The notes under the pieces are model-generated. The model searched no databases, was not told where the DNA came from, and was given only the letters and a program-made list of their open reading frames with translations. The position numbers were made by a program, and so were the translations under genes. A stretch of 64,000 nucleotides of DNA, from positions 53,513 through 117,512 of the forward strand of contig JAKAGT010000008.1 in assembly GCA_021825585.1 (NCBI GenBank), read 5' to 3'. Of the stretch, positions 40,186-52,325 are shown one piece after another (positions within the stretch are counted from its first letter, which is position 1; each line of letters begins with the position of its first letter). Origin of the DNA: Bacteroidota bacterium. Lineage in GTDB: Bacteria; Bacteroidota; Ignavibacteria; Kryptoniales; JAKASW01.

Positions 40186-43100
40186 ATGCTGACTTCAACC
40201 GTTCGTTTCTCTCTCAAGTTCAAAGGAATAGTCATCGCCTTGGCATGCGTCCTGCTCGGCTACGGGCTGTACAGCCTTGAGAATGCCAAGTATGATGTCT
40301 TCCCCGAATTCGCGCCTGCCCAGGTCGTCATACAGACTGAAGCGCCCGGTCTTTCGCCCGAACAGGTAGAACTCCTCGTAACGCAGCCGATTGAAAACGC
40401 AATCAACGGCACCGTCGGGATAAGTTCAATGAGGTCAGGTTCCATTCAGGGCATTTCCGTCGTCAAAATTACGTTCAAATCAAGAACGGACATCTACCTG
40501 GACAGGCAACTGGTAGCTGAGCGTCTTTCAGAGATCGCCGGTCAGCTTCCAGCGGGCGTGCAGGCACCGGTCATCACACCTCTAACCTCGTCGACAAGCG
40601 TCGTCATGGACGTCGGACTCACATCCGATTCTCTCTCATTGATGGGATTGCGAACTGTTGCGGATTGGACGATAAAACCTGCCCTCCTTGCGGTTGCCGG
40701 AGTTGCTAAAGTGGTCGTCTTCGGCGGCGAGGTCAAACAGCTTCAGGTTCAAGTCAAGCCTGATCTCCTCTACAAATACGGTTTATCCGTCAACGACGTA
40801 ATCGACGCGGCGCGCCGGGCAACCGGCGTAGAAGGAGCCGGCTTCATTGATACGCACAACCAGCGCCTCACTATTCAGACCGAGGGACAATCGCTCACGC
40901 CTGAGGAACTCGGGGACGCAGTAGTGCTCCAGAGGGATGGTGCCGATGTTTTGCTCAAAGATGTCGCGAACGTGGTAGATGCGCCTGCGCCACCGATCGG
41001 CGCGGCGCAGGTTATGGGAAAGCCGGGCATTCTGCTCATAATCTCCGCACAGTACGGTGCAAACACACTCGAGGTAACCAGGAAGGTCGACAAGGCACTC
41101 AAGGAACTGTCGCCAGGCTTGAGTTCTGAAGGTGTGATAATCCATGAAAACGTATTCCGTGCGGCGGATTTCATCGAGACGGCAGTCCGCCATATCCGGA
41201 CCTCCCTGCTTTTGGGTGCAATTCTCGTCGTTCTGGTTCTCCTCCTTTTTCTTCTCAATCTGAGGACGGCTGCAATTTCGCTCACGGTCATTCCTCTTTC
41301 CCTCCTTACGGCGGTAATCATATTGCAGAGCCTCGGTTATAGCCTGAACACGATGACGCTCGGCGGATTGGCAATTGCTATCGGTGAGGTGGTCGACGAC
41401 GCGATCATAGACGTCGAAAATATTGTGAGGCGCCTTCGCGAGAATAAGTCGTCAGCCACTCCCAGACCTGCGTTTCGGGTCGTGCTCGATGCGTCAATCG
41501 AAGTGAGAAGCGCGGTTGTCTATGCGACATTCGCAGTAATCCTCGTCTTCGTCCCGGTTCTCACGATGACCGGTCTGGCAGGAAGGTTGTTTTCGCCGCT
41601 CGGTCTCGCTTACATTTTTTCCATTCTCGCGTCGCTGCTTTTCGCCCTCACAATCACTCCTGCGATGTGTCTCGTGCTCATTGGCCGCTTGCGTGCGGTG
41701 GACACGGAACCGCGTTTCACGTCATGGCTGAAAAGAAGATACGGGAGTCTGCTATCCGCTGTCGAGCGACATTTTCGTATTGTGATTTCAGGGGTTGTGA
41801 TATTCATCCTCGTCGGGATCCTCTTGATACCCACCTTCACCGGCTCCTTCCTCCCCCAATTCAGAGAGGGGAACTACATAATTCACATGGTTGAAGTTCC
41901 CGGTACCTCACTTACACAGACACTGTCGCTGGGGGAACGAGTCACTCGCCGGCTCCTGAAGATTCCGTTTGTCGCATCGGTTTCTCAAGACGCCGGGCGC
42001 GCGCAACTGAGTGACGATACACATGGCACACACCAGAGTGAGATACTGGTCACGCTCAAACCTATGACCGATGTGCAGGCACGAAACGCAGAGAACGTCA
42101 TAAGAAAGGCCCTTTCAAATTTTACCGGCGCAACTTTCTCGATGAACTCCTTCCTGACAGAGAGGATCAATGAGACGCTTTCAGGCTACACGTCTGCCGT
42201 GGTCGTCAACGTGTTCGGGAACAATCTCGATACGCTAGACGATAAGGCGCAGGAAATTGTCACCCTGCTCGGCAAGATTCGCGGGGGTACAGACATACAG
42301 CTTCAGTCGCCCCCCGGAACTCCTCAGTTGGTGATTCGCCTCCTCCGCTCCCGGCTGGAATACTGGGGAGTAGAACCCGTCGACGTCATGAACGCCGTGC
42401 AAACCGCTTATCAGGGCGACATCGTCGGACAGGTCTACGACGGCAACGAAGTTTTCGGCGTATCGGTAATCCTGGATGCAAAAGAGAGACACGACCCGAC
42501 AGATGTCGCGAATCTTCTTATACGGAACTCGAACGGTGTCTACGTGCGTCTCGACCAGCTGGCGGACATTCACGAGAGCTCCGGGCGCTACATAATCCTA
42601 CATGAAGGTGCCCGGCGTGTTCAGACAATTACCTGCAACGTGAAAGGACGGGGCGTGAACTCATTCGTGAATGAGGCGAGGAAGCGCATAGCGTCGGCTG
42701 TTCATCTCCCCCCAGGAACGTACGTGACATTCAGCGGGACGGCAGAGGCGCAGGCGCGGTCAAAACATGACCTGCTGATTCATTCCGTGCTCGCAGCCAT
42801 CGGAATCATCCTGCTGCTTTCAATAGTAATGAGAAATTACAGAAACCTTTCGCTGGTTCTGTCAAACCTACCATTTGCCCTGGTGGGAGGTATTTTCGCG
42901 GTGTTCATCACCGGCGGCGACATGTCGGTGGGTTCCCTCGTTGGATTTGTAACGCTCTTTGGAATTACATTAAGAAATTCAATTATGCTGATCTCACACT
43001 ACGAACACCTGGTTGCAGCTGAAGGCATGAGCTGGTCGCCCGAGACAGCAATACGCGGCGCATCCGAGAGGCTCGTCCCGATCTTGATGACTGCAACGGT

Positions 43101-43284
43101 GACCGCATTCGGACTGCTCCCTCTCGCGCTCGCAAGCGGGACCGCCGGAAGAGAGATCGAAGGGCCAATGGCAATAGTTATTCTCGGGGGTCTTGTCACC
43201 TCGACCGCATTGAATCTCCTCGTCCTGCCGACGCTGGCGCTGAGAAATGGAAAGTTTACCGGGAATGAGGAGATCGATTCATGA
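40186..43284 (+). CDS. RND efflux permease, CusA/CzcA (HME) superfamily
   Basis: [59 protein letters not shown]. Confidence 0.92.
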   Translation: MLTSTVRFSLKFKGIVIALACVLLGYGLYSLENAKYDVFPEFAPAQVVIQTEAPGLSPEQVELLVTQPIENAINGTVGISSMRSGSIQGISVVKITFKSRTDIYLDRQLVAERLSEIAGQLPAGVQAPVITPLTSSTSVVMDVGLTSDSLSLMGLRTVADWTIKPALLAVAGVAKVVVFGGEVKQLQVQVKPDLLYKYGLSVNDVIDAARRATGVEGAGFIDTHNQRLTIQTEGQSLTPEELGDAVVLQRDGADVLLKDVANVVDAPAPPIGAAQVMGKPGILLIISAQYGANTLEVTRKVDKALKELSPGLSSEGVIIHENVFRAADFIETAVRHIRTSLLLGAILVVLVLLLFLLNLRTAAISLTVIPLSLLTAVIILQSLGYSLNTMTLGGLAIAIGEVVDDAIIDVENIVRRLRENKSSATPRPAFRVVLDASIEVRSAVVYATFAVILVFVPVLTMTGLAGRLFSPLGLAYIFSILASLLFALTITPAMCLVLIGRLRAVDTEPRFTSWLKRRYGSLLSAVERHFRIVISGVVIFILVGILLIPTFTGSFLPQFREGNYIIHMVEVPGTSLTQTLSLGERVTRRLLKIPFVASVSQDAGRAQLSDDTHGTHQSEILVTLKPMTDVQARNAENVIRKALSNFTGATFSMNSFLTERINETLSGYTSAVVVNVFGNNLDTLDDKAQEIVTLLGKIRGGTDIQLQSPPGTPQLVIRLLRSRLEYWGVEPVDVMNAVQTAYQGDIVGQVYDGNEVFGVSVILDAKERHDPTDVANLLIRNSNGVYVRLDQLADIHESSGRYIILHEGARRVQTITCNVKGRGVNSFVNEARKRIASAVHLPPGTYVTFSGTAEAQARSKHDLLIHSVLAAIGIILLLSIVMRNYRNLSLVLSNLPFALVGGIFAVFITGGDMSVGSLVGFVTLFGITLRNSIMLISHYEHLVAAEGMSWSPETAIRGASERLVPILMTATVTAFGLLPLALASGTAGREIEGPMAIVILGGLVTSTALNLLVLPTLALRNGKFTGNEEIDS

Positions 43285-44282
43285 ATATTTTGCTCTTTGT
43301 TGTAATCGCACGCATTCTGTGCGGTTCAGCACCCGCCAGTGCGCAAAAGCACGGCTCACTTTCCTGCCTTAAAGCCACGGCCGACATCCGGCTTCCCGGA
43401 CGCACTACGAGATATGACTACCAGTCAATTGACGAGCAGCGCAGGCTTCTCTTCATAGCTCATCTTGGCGACAATGCCGTTACCGTTTTCGACTTGAAAT
43501 CACAGAAGGTAATAAAGGACATCACCGGCATCCCAAGTCCGCACGGAATCCTTGCGGTGCCGGAGGCGGGAAGAGTATTCGTGTCTGCCACAGGTGTGGA
43601 TAAGATCTACGTCGTAGATGAGAAATCGTTGAAGGTGGACGGAAAGGTGGAGGCCGGACTTTTCCCCGACGGAATTGGATATGACCCCGGCACGAACCGG
43701 ATATTTGTATCTGACGAGTTCGGAAAGACGGTGTCAGTCATCGACGTCTCCGCGCTGAGACTTGTTCGCAAGATCGAAATCGGCGGAGTAGTCGGGAACA
43801 CGCACTATGATCCTGTAAGCCGTCAGATCTTTACCACCGACGAATCAGCAAACGAGCTGGTCGAGATTAATCCTTCCACAATGGCAATAACATTGCGAAT
43901 CAAGTTGCCCGGCTGCGAAGGCGCTCACGGCTTTATGATAGGCAAGGAACCGCACGAAGCTTATGTAACCGGTGAGGATAATGCCTCGCTTGTGGTGGTC
44001 GATCTTGCAAACAGCAGGGTCACGCAGAGATTCTCGGTCGGTAAGGAACCGGATGTCCTCGCCATTGATTCGGAATTACACCTGTTGTACCTCTCCTCGG
44101 AGAGCGGCGTGGTCTCCATGTTCAGAATAACGAAGCACGGACTCTCCGAACTGTGCCATGGAAAGTTGTGGGCATACGCTCATACTGTTAGCGTCGACCG
44201 GGTCACTCATAAGGTATACTTTCCCCTGCAGGACAGAAACGGCGCTCCGGATTTGAGGATCATGATCCCCAATTTGCATTGA
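43281..44282 (+). CDS. YncE/YVTN-family beta-propeller protein
   Basis: Signal peptide; repeats PHGI, FPDGIGYDP, GKEPDVLAID; ATGA overlap with the RND gene. Confidence 0.8.
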   Translation: MNILLFVVIARILCGSAPASAQKHGSLSCLKATADIRLPGRTTRYDYQSIDEQRRLLFIAHLGDNAVTVFDLKSQKVIKDITGIPSPHGILAVPEAGRVFVSATGVDKIYVVDEKSLKVDGKVEAGLFPDGIGYDPGTNRIFVSDEFGKTVSVIDVSALRLVRKIEIGGVVGNTHYDPVSRQIFTTDESANELVEINPSTMAITLRIKLPGCEGAHGFMIGKEPHEAYVTGEDNASLVVVDLANSRVTQRFSVGKEPDVLAIDSELHLLYLSSESGVVSMFRITKHGLSELCHGKLWAYAHTVSVDRVTHKVYFPLQDRNGAPDLRIMIPNLH

Positions 44283-44333
44283 CCGCCGATTTCAACCCAG
44301 TCGAGGATAATAAAGGATGCTGCGAAGAACCAA

Positions 44334-45782
44334 TCACGCCGGAAAACTCAGTGTGACTGTTGTTCCTTTCCCCGGTTCACTTGTCACGGACACATTGCCC
44401 TTGTGAAGCTGCATTATTGATTTAACTATCGCCAGGCCGAGCCCTGTCCCCGGTCTCTTCTCCGATCTCGACGAATCCGCGCGATAAAACCTGTCGAAAA
44501 TTCTCGACAGGTGTTTCTGATCGACCCCTTCACCGCTGTCAGCCACAGATACGTCTACGCTCATGGCTGGACCGCGCTTTACTTCGATGACTATTTTTCC
44601 TCCCTTAGTGGTGTGTTGTATCGAGTTGGAGATCAGGTTGCTTAGAGCCTGTCTGAACAACGCTGAGTCGGCTTTCACGATAATACTCTTGTCGCGCGAA
44701 GTTCCATCCGCAGACTTCACGGTAACGCCTTTCTCTTCCGCCATGGCTTCGTAGAATTCTATCACTTCCTCAATTTCCGCGAACGGGTCGAATTCTTTCC
44801 TGTCGATGTGGGCCTCCGGGCTTTCGGCGCGGGCGAGGAAGAGGAGGCTTTCGATGACGTGAGACAACCTTGAATATTCCTCCAGACTGGATTCCAGAAC
44901 CTCGCGGTAATCCTGTGCGGCTCTTTCACGCGACAACGCGACTTCGGTCTCGCCGATGAGGTTGTTGATGGGAGTCCTGAGCTCATGCGCGAGGTCTGCA
45001 GAGAACTGGGACAGCCTGTTGAATGAATCTTCGAGCCGGTCGAGCATTCCGTCGAACGCCCCCGCGAGCTCATTGAGTTCCATGGGCCAGTCCGATTGGC
45101 CGAGTCGCCTGTGGAGCTGATGGGCAGATATGTGCTGCACCGTACGGGTGATTTTCTCGATGGGCTTCAATCCTCTTCCTGCTATGAAGACTCCCACAGC
45201 GGCGGACAGCAGTATACCGGCGAAAAGTACAAGCAGGAGCCGGCTCCTGTAGTCCGATATAAGCTCATCCTCGTGCGATATGTCGAGGGCAAGCTGGAGT
45301 ATCCTGGGTGGTCCGCTCGAGTTCCCGACCCTCGCGAGAGCAGTCATCAAAAGGAGATTGTGTCCGTTCGGCGATTTCCTCATCACAGCCTGGGAGGGCG
45401 TTGCTCCCAGCCCGGCGGGCACGGGAAATATGTACGATGGAGCGATGGTGTCCATCCTGTCCGTTTCAATGATCACCCTGCCTTTCGAGTCGAGAATCCT
45501 GGCGTAGTATTTAGCCAGCCTGAAAGGCGCAGTTTCCCACTTTACCTCCTCCTGAAGGACCTCTTTGTTATCCGGCGCCTCGGCAAGGATCTCTCTGAGA
45601 AGATTTATCTTGGCAGCAAGAAATTGACCGTCCTCTTTGGCAAGCCGGGTCGTGAGTACCCAATAGAGAAACACGGTTGAGATGAGGAGGATGCCGAACG
45701 CAGAGACGACGTATAGAATTGTCAACTTTCGTTTGATTGACCAGGCACTCGACTTCTCACGTACGGCAGAGCTGTCAATCAT
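44334..45782 (-). CDS. Heavy-metal sensor histidine kinase (CusS-like)
   Basis: 2 TM helices, [29 protein letters not shown]. Confidence 0.9.
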   Translation of the reverse strand: MIDSSAVREKSSAWSIKRKLTILYVVSAFGILLISTVFLYWVLTTRLAKEDGQFLAAKINLLREILAEAPDNKEVLQEEVKWETAPFRLAKYYARILDSKGRVIIETDRMDTIAPSYIFPVPAGLGATPSQAVMRKSPNGHNLLLMTALARVGNSSGPPRILQLALDISHEDELISDYRSRLLLVLFAGILLSAAVGVFIAGRGLKPIEKITRTVQHISAHQLHRRLGQSDWPMELNELAGAFDGMLDRLEDSFNRLSQFSADLAHELRTPINNLIGETEVALSRERAAQDYREVLESSLEEYSRLSHVIESLLFLARAESPEAHIDRKEFDPFAEIEEVIEFYEAMAEEKGVTVKSADGTSRDKSIIVKADSALFRQALSNLISNSIQHTTKGGKIVIEVKRGPAMSVDVSVADSGEGVDQKHLSRIFDRFYRADSSRSEKRPGTGLGLAIVKSIMQLHKGNVSVTSEPGKGTTVTLSFPA

Positions 45783-46446
45783 GCTCTATCATGTATCCGA
45801 CACCGCGGACCGTTTGAATTAGTTTTTTCTCGAACGGATCATCGACCTTCGTTCGGAGCCGCCTGACGGCCACGTCGACCACATTCGTGTCGCTGTCAAA
45901 ATTCATCCCCCACACCTGGTCCGCGATGATCGCGCGGGAGACGACCTCGCCGCACCTTCGCGCAAGCAATGCGAGCAATGAAAATTCCTTCGGAGTCAGA
46001 TCGAGTTTCGTCCCCTGTCTTGCCGCCCGATGCCCGAGTAGGTCAATCTCCAGATCGGCCACGCTCAGAGTGTCGGGCTGTCGGACTGGTCCCCGGCGCA
46101 GAACCGTCCTGACGCGGGCAAGCAACTCCGAGAAAGCGAAGGGCTTCACGAGGTAATCATCCGCACCCAGCTCCAGCCCTTTTACCCGGTCCTGGACGGA
46201 ATCCTTCGCCGTCAAAAAGAGAACCGGCGTGGCCATTCCGCGACGCCTTACCTCGGCCAATACATCCCATCCGTCCCGCCCCGGAAGCATTACATCCAGA
46301 ATCACCAGTGAATACTCGTTCTTCTCCATGAGAGCCAGTCCGCCGCCCCCATCAGAGACAGTGTCGACGACGAAACCGCTCTCCGACAGTCCCTTTTTCA
46401 GGTACGCTGCCGCTTTAGACTCATCTTCGACGATTAGTATTTTCAT
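45775..46446 (-). CDS. Heavy-metal response regulator (CusR-like, OmpR family)
   Basis: [50 protein letters not shown]; start reassigned to ATG 46446. Confidence 0.92.
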   Translation of the reverse strand: MKILIVEDESKAAAYLKKGLSESGFVVDTVSDGGGGLALMEKNEYSLVILDVMLPGRDGWDVLAEVRRRGMATPVLFLTAKDSVQDRVKGLELGADDYLVKPFAFSELLARVRTVLRRGPVRQPDTLSVADLEIDLLGHRAARQGTKLDLTPKEFSLLALLARRCGEVVSRAIIADQVWGMNFDSDTNVVDVAVRRLRTKVDDPFEKKLIQTVRGVGYMIEHD

Positions 46447-46610
46447 GGCCTTTCCCATGAATTTAACATAAAGACCGTTTAAAAGCCCTGCAAGACATGG
46501 TGAAGACGTCCGTCCGTCTCTCGGCTCTACTGCGCGCGAGCAAAGAACACTTCCAACGAAGCGACCAAGCCCCTTCTTCGAGATGACCTGGAATGATTCC
46601 ATCTCACCCA

Positions 46611-46639
46611 TTGTTTAGTTGGGTAAAGAGGACTATTTT
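46611..46639 (+). promoter_or_regulatory. Promoter of bshA
   Basis: TTGTTT-17bp-TATTTT, then AAGGAG SD. Confidence 0.5.
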
Positions 46640-46658
46640 TTTCCAAGGAGAAATTTTC

Positions 46659-47810
46659 GTGAAAATAGGAATCACATGTTATCCCACATACGGTGGAAGC
46701 GGCGTTGTCGCGACCGAATTGGGCAAGGCACTTGCTTTGCGGGGCCATCAGATTCACTTCATCAGCTATTCGCTGCCGGCAAGACTGGACAACTTTGCCG
46801 GAGACGTCTTTTATCACGAAGTCGAGATGTCACAGTACCCGCTGTTCGATTTTCCGCTGTACACCGACTCGCTCGCCAGCAAAATGGTCGACGTGGCGAA
46901 GTATCATGACCTTGACGTCCTGCACGTTCACTACGCAATTCCGCATGCAACAAGCGCATTCGTGGCGAAGCAGATACTCGCTCCTACGAAGGACATCAAA
47001 GTAATCACGACCCTTCACGGCACCGACGTTACGCTCGTCGGGCTCGAACCGAGCTTCCTGCCCCTCGTCAAATTCTCGATAGAACAGAGCGACTATGTTA
47101 CGTCTGTTTCCAGATTCCTTCAGATGAAAACGTACACCATGTACAACATCGACAAGGAGATTGAAGTCATTCCGAATTTCGTGGACACACAGAAGTTCAT
47201 CCGCCGGAAGGATTGCCAGTTCAGGGAGCGCATCGCGCCGAACGGGGAGAAGATAATGGTTCACGTGTCCAACTTCAGGCCCGTCAAAAGAGTCCCCGAC
47301 ACCATTCGCATCTTCGACATCGTAAGAAAGTCAGTCCCCAGCAAGCTTGTGCTTGTCGGAGACGGCCCCGACAGATCTGAATCGGAAAGGCTCACCCGGG
47401 AACTCGGCATTTCTGAAGATGTGAAATTTCTCGGCAAGCAGACTCTCCTGCCGGAAATACTATCGGCATCAGACTTAATGCTGATGCCCAGCCAGTCTGA
47501 AAGCTTCGGCCTTTCGGCCCTCGAAGCCATGTCGTGCAGCGTACCGGTTGTATCCTCAAGCACAGGCGGCCTGCCCGAGCTGGTTCTTCACGGCGAAACC
47601 GGGTTCATTGCTGAAATAGGCGACGTCAACAGGATGGCAAAATACGCGATTGACCTGCTGAGCGACGAAAGAAAGTGGCAGTTGTTCAGCCAGAATTCGA
47701 GAAAGCGCGCCGAGGACAAATTCAATGTTGAGCAGATCATACCGCTTTATGAAAGGCTGTATGAGAGAGCGATAAGCGAAACGAGAGAAATCTCCGTCAG
47801 CGCCAAGTAA
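46659..47810 (+). CDS. bshA: N-acetyl-alpha-D-glucosaminyl L-malate synthase
   Basis: KIGITCYPTYGGSGVVATELG, HVHYAIPHA, TTLHGTD, SNFRPVKR, ESFGLSALEAM; GTG start after SD. Confidence 0.93.
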   Translation: MKIGITCYPTYGGSGVVATELGKALALRGHQIHFISYSLPARLDNFAGDVFYHEVEMSQYPLFDFPLYTDSLASKMVDVAKYHDLDVLHVHYAIPHATSAFVAKQILAPTKDIKVITTLHGTDVTLVGLEPSFLPLVKFSIEQSDYVTSVSRFLQMKTYTMYNIDKEIEVIPNFVDTQKFIRRKDCQFRERIAPNGEKIMVHVSNFRPVKRVPDTIRIFDIVRKSVPSKLVLVGDGPDRSESERLTRELGISEDVKFLGKQTLLPEILSASDLMLMPSQSESFGLSALEAMSCSVPVVSSSTGGLPELVLHGETGFIAEIGDVNRMAKYAIDLLSDERKWQLFSQNSRKRAEDKFNVEQIIPLYERLYERAISETREISVSAK

Positions 47811-47934
47811 ATCCATTCCGTCTGATAGCTTCAAGCGCCGCCCGCCTCAAGGTGCTTGCTTTAATCAATGCCGGCAGTCGCGATCTCTAGAGCGGCCGGC
47901 ATATACCCATACAATATCCCGTTAGACTGAGTTT

Positions 47935-50900
47935 TCAGAAACTCAACTGATAGAAGAGCCTCAGCATGTTTATCGTCTCCCGCTGATAATAATAGCGGTT
48001 GTTCAGTGAGACGCGCCTCGATAATTGCAGGTAGAGGCGATTTCCAAGTATGCTTGCAAGAGGATAGTCCACGCTAACATCAGTATTATTTATATCGCTG
48101 AAGACTTGTCCCCCCACTTTGATGACGGCATTTCCGAATTGCGTAGTGATGTTCACATCGGGAGAGAGAACCGATGACGGATTGTAGCGCGCCTCCACAC
48201 TCCGAATAAATGAGAATTCCCTGCTCAGGAGACTTGTCAGAGCTCCCGATAACAGGGATGAACCAAGCCCTGCACCCGCCTGTGCAACCAGGTTGTCCGC
48301 GGCGTTCTGTTTCTGAGAAGAGGTCAACTGGTCTTCGAATTCATTGAACAGGATGAACGAAATTGCATTCGTCTGCGGGTCGCGGTGGAACGGACTGTTG
48401 TCGACTGTCATCGAAATGTCGACGCTTGGCTGATTGAAAGTACCGGTCATTTTCAATTGAACTACGACAACCTGCGGTCGCGTGCTGGAGGTGTCGGCAT
48501 AGTGATATCCCTGATACTGCGCCGTTATATCGAGAATGGGATTCAACGGGACGCCGGTGAAATGGAGTTTGCCTGAGGCGGAAAACTGCCTGCCGTAGAA
48601 GTCATAGTAAGAATTATCCATGATGCTTACATCTCCGGTGAGCTCCATCGCCCCGGAGAGGTTTGAGAGGGCCAACCGCCCACCCAGGACCGCATCCAGC
48701 TCCTCACTGGTTGCCTGGTCGAATATCATCCTGAGATTCACGTTATCCTTCGTTTCGACCTTCACGTTGTATTTGAGGCTGTCAAGGATGCTTCCTGAAG
48801 AAGCTGATTGTTGGGCGACCGTCGGGCTGGTCACATGGTTTTCTTCCGCCGACCTTGCGGAAGTGTCTACGGGAAAATGGTAAATTATTCCCTGCGAGGC
48901 GATATTTTCACTGCTTGACATCGGCATCAGCGTCAAATTGCCACTCGGAATAATAGTACCCTCGAACAAGGGTCTCGAGAGGCTGCCCTTGAGTTTCAGT
49001 CCTTCCGGTCCGGCTTCCACTACCGCGGTTCCGTAAATGCCCTGTATACTCCGCATTATGGTAGAGTTCAACACCAACAATGAGCCACGAAAGCCGATAT
49101 CAAACTGCTCGATAGTGTTGTTCCCGATAACAAGGGACCCGTCCGCTTCCATCGTGCCCCCCCTTCGTGCATTCCAGATGTACAAGGGAGAAAGCATCAG
49201 GTTGTTCCCGTGCCCCGCTATAGTTCCGTTGAACCTGTAATTGATCTCGTTTGCGGTAAGGCGTATTCGCCCGTCGCTGACCGAGACTTTCCCCGTGAGA
49301 TCTGGCGACGAATACCTGCCGCCAAGTACCATGTTTCCTGATATGGTTGCGCCGAAATCCTCTACCCCTGCCAGGAATGGTGTGAGGAAAGAAATGTCCA
49401 GAGAATCTGCCGTAAGATCTAAATTGAGATCTTTCGTCGAGTTGGCGGAGAGGGGTATTGTACCGTGCAGCATAAGAGCGTATCTGGCGGAATCAAGCTC
49501 CTTCGACAATTGGACAGAGAGTGCCATGAAAGATCCGTCGAGATTTACCCTCCCGCTCACTAGTTTTGACTTTTCACCGTTATACTCCACGTTGCTCCCG
49601 CTGAAACCGACGGACACTACCGTGCCGCCTAGCGAGTCGGTCACCTCGGCATCTCCGCTTACTCTACCCTTTACCTTCAGTGTGTTCGTGTCAAGCCTTG
49701 CGAGCCGCTGGAGTGAAGCAAGCCCGAAATCCTTGAAGTTGAAATGCAGATTTGCCCCCGTCTGCAGCGAATAGCTCCCTTCCACCTTAACATTTGAGTC
49801 GGAGTAATTGCCTTCATCTTTCATACCTGCGGAGAAATCTGCCGGAGATATTTTGAATACCTCCGGGTAATATACAAGGTGAACGGGAGCAAGGCTGTTC
49901 AGGGACAATCCATAGAGTTTTCCCAACACTGTACTGGCCGTAATATCGAACGAGTCTGCATCGACCCTTGCGAGCGCCTCAACGTAGAACTCAATTGACG
50001 TATCCACCCTGCCTAATGCTGAGATCGAAAGAGAATTCTGCCCGGAAGAATCCCCGGAAGAATAATCCACTCTCAGAATCTTAGCATTCAGTTTCGTCTG
50101 ATTTACGTCGAGATCTTCGAAACTGGCGTTCGCGGACCACACGCCAGAATCCCAGACTGAAAGCCTGTTGTCCGATTTTATATCGAACTGTGCGCTGATG
50201 TGCGAAGCATCCAGATGGAGCGAATCCTGAACGACAGCGATCGTGTCTGCCGCCACTGAGCCTCTCATGGTAAATCGTCCGTTCTCAGACTTCACCTTCA
50301 GGTGTGCTTCCGGATCGCCGTTCAGCTCGATGTTTCCGATAAGTTTGCCCAGAAGCCGTGCATCCTTTACCTTCACGGTCATGTCGGCATTCAAATTCGG
50401 AATCCCGGCAACATCTTGATAAACACTGTCGCTCTTCCCCGTGACCCGCGAACTTATTCTGTCGGCCAGAACCAACAAGATCTTCGACAGCTGAATCGGA
50501 AACTCGTGAGGCACAAAGTCTCCGCTCGCCTGAGCGTCCAGAAACGGGGAATTAATCTGCAGCTTCTTGTTTTCCCTTTGTGTATTCAGCTCCGCTGTTA
50601 TCAGAGAGTTGTTCAGAGGAAAATCACCGAGCGAGGCACGTTCCGTGAGAAAGGAAATCTGCGTACTGAGTGAGTCGGGATTGAAACCATTGCCGACCAA
50701 CATCAGGTTCCCCGTCAGGTTTCCTTCAAGCGTCGGCAGGTGAATGAAAGGAGCGGGATCAAACTCCGCGAGTCCTATTTCACCGGAATAAGTCCCGCTG
50801 GCGAAATTGACACCCCCTTCCCCATTCATATTGCCTTTCGACGTAAGCATATCCAACCGCACTCTCAGGCTATCCCGCAATGATGCAGCTTCCAGGGCAA

Positions 50901-52311
50901 TTTTCCGGATAGTAGTATGGTCATAGCTTGACGAATCAACGGCGAGCTCGATCTTTCCGTCGGGTAATGTCAGGTTGTTCGATTGAAAGGAAAAGGTCGC
51001 CTTCCCGGTCAGCTGAGTTTTCAGGTTGGACCGGGGCAGAATTCTTGCAAGATCCACCCCATGGAAGTCCAATGTTCCGTCATAAGCACCCGAGTGGATG
51101 CGTGCATCCCCTGACACCTGGGTCTCTGCGTTTTTCAGATGCACCGCGACTTTCAGGTCTCTTGGAACTCCCTCCACCTTGCCGTCAACCTGCATCGAAT
51201 TGAGCCCACTCAAGTCGGGGACTCCGAGGCCATTCAACAAGGCAGACACTTCAGCCATATTAACCCCGCTGTTGTCCACATTGACTCTCAGGCCGATCGA
51301 CGGCTCGGATACATTGTAGAATGTCGCGGTGGCGGGCACATAGGAACTGTCAGTCTTCAGAAGAAATTGTTTGAGGTGCAGAGTGTCGAGGCTTCCGCTT
51401 GCAAAGAGCGAAACGTCGCACTTCGATACCGGATCGAGGGGCAGGTCGATAAATTTCTCCACGTCTACGAGACCGACGTTCCTTGCGTGAAGGTTCACCG
51501 TGAAATGCCTTTGCCTGATGTGTCCGACATTAAGCGAATCCAGCAGGTTCTGTCCGATCAATGCGACGTCGGCGTGGACAGAAGTCGAATCCGAAATCAG
51601 CCTGAAGCCCGACAGTTCTGTGCCATCCTGAGATGTGTACAGGTTGAATCTCAACGAATCGACTCTGAAACCGGGACGCAGCAAAGACAAGGAGACGTTC
51701 CGAATATTAGCTGTAAGGCTGCTCCCGGAAAGGATCGCAGATCCGCTCACGTCTAAGTTTTCCACCCTGAAATCGGAAGGATCAAAAGGCCGCTGGCGGA
51801 CTGAGTCCCGTAAGACTTCAGGCGCCGCTCGCCCACCGAGGTTCGTGGAATCGAAGAGAGAGAATTCCCCCCCCCTGATTCCCACCGACTTCAAGAGTAT
51901 TGTCCAGTCGAATTTCCCCTGAGATTTCGAAACGGCTTTTGAAATACGATCAATGTTGTAGGTACCGTCCTTGTACCTTGTCAGATAGAAATGGGGATTC
52001 ACCAGCCTGACGTTCGTGAGATCGATGGTCTTCGTAATCAGGGAGAGTGGAAAGTGGGAAATCTCGATAGTGTCGACAGAGATGATGCGGTCCCTCTGAT
52101 AATAGAGAGCTGCACCGTCTATAGTAAATGAGCCAAGGACACTTCCATGAATCTCTCCAAGATAAAGGCGGGCATTGGTTTGATCGTTAACAACTGATGT
52201 AAGGATGTCCCGTAACTCGTCGTTGAAGAACCGGGTATACGAAACCAGATAGATCAACACCGGAAAGGAGATCAGGAATACGAATATCGGGAAAAAAAAC
52301 TTCTTGGGCAT
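47935..52311 (-). CDS. tamB: Translocation/assembly module TamB (AsmA-like) protein
   Basis: 1458 aa; N-terminal anchor; beta-rich; C-terminal DUF490-like region (F.G.PLNPILDITA.Y, L.MTGT..QP); terminal Phe. Confidence 0.8.
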   Translation of the reverse strand: MPKKFFFPIFVFLISFPVLIYLVSYTRFFNDELRDILTSVVNDQTNARLYLGEIHGSVLGSFTIDGAALYYQRDRIISVDTIEISHFPLSLITKTIDLTNVRLVNPHFYLTRYKDGTYNIDRISKAVSKSQGKFDWTILLKSVGIRGGEFSLFDSTNLGGRAAPEVLRDSVRQRPFDPSDFRVENLDVSGSAILSGSSLTANIRNVSLSLLRPGFRVDSLRFNLYTSQDGTELSGFRLISDSTSVHADVALIGQNLLDSLNVGHIRQRHFTVNLHARNVGLVDVEKFIDLPLDPVSKCDVSLFASGSLDTLHLKQFLLKTDSSYVPATATFYNVSEPSIGLRVNVDNSGVNMAEVSALLNGLGVPDLSGLNSMQVDGKVEGVPRDLKVAVHLKNAETQVSGDARIHSGAYDGTLDFHGVDLARILPRSNLKTQLTGKATFSFQSNNLTLPDGKIELAVDSSSYDHTTIRKIALEAASLRDSLRVRLDMLTSKGNMNGEGGVNFASGTYSGEIGLAEFDPAPFIHLPTLEGNLTGNLMLVGNGFNPDSLSTQISFLTERASLGDFPLNNSLITAELNTQRENKKLQINSPFLDAQASGDFVPHEFPIQLSKILLVLADRISSRVTGKSDSVYQDVAGIPNLNADMTVKVKDARLLGKLIGNIELNGDPEAHLKVKSENGRFTMRGSVAADTIAVVQDSLHLDASHISAQFDIKSDNRLSVWDSGVWSANASFEDLDVNQTKLNAKILRVDYSSGDSSGQNSLSISALGRVDTSIEFYVEALARVDADSFDITASTVLGKLYGLSLNSLAPVHLVYYPEVFKISPADFSAGMKDEGNYSDSNVKVEGSYSLQTGANLHFNFKDFGLASLQRLARLDTNTLKVKGRVSGDAEVTDSLGGTVVSVGFSGSNVEYNGEKSKLVSGRVNLDGSFMALSVQLSKELDSARYALMLHGTIPLSANSTKDLNLDLTADSLDISFLTPFLAGVEDFGATISGNMVLGGRYSSPDLTGKVSVSDGRIRLTANEINYRFNGTIAGHGNNLMLSPLYIWNARRGGTMEADGSLVIGNNTIEQFDIGFRGSLLVLNSTIMRSIQGIYGTAVVEAGPEGLKLKGSLSRPLFEGTIIPSGNLTLMPMSSSENIASQGIIYHFPVDTSARSAEENHVTSPTVAQQSASSGSILDSLKYNVKVETKDNVNLRMIFDQATSEELDAVLGGRLALSNLSGAMELTGDVSIMDNSYYDFYGRQFSASGKLHFTGVPLNPILDITAQYQGYHYADTSSTRPQVVVVQLKMTGTFNQPSVDISMTVDNSPFHRDPQTNAISFILFNEFEDQLTSSQKQNAADNLVAQAGAGLGSSLLSGALTSLLSREFSFIRSVEARYNPSSVLSPDVNITTQFGNAVIKVGGQVFSDINNTDVSVDYPLASILGNRLYLQLSRRVSLNNRYYYQRETINMLRLFYQLSF

Positions 52312-52325
52312 TATCAGGTTCCGCC

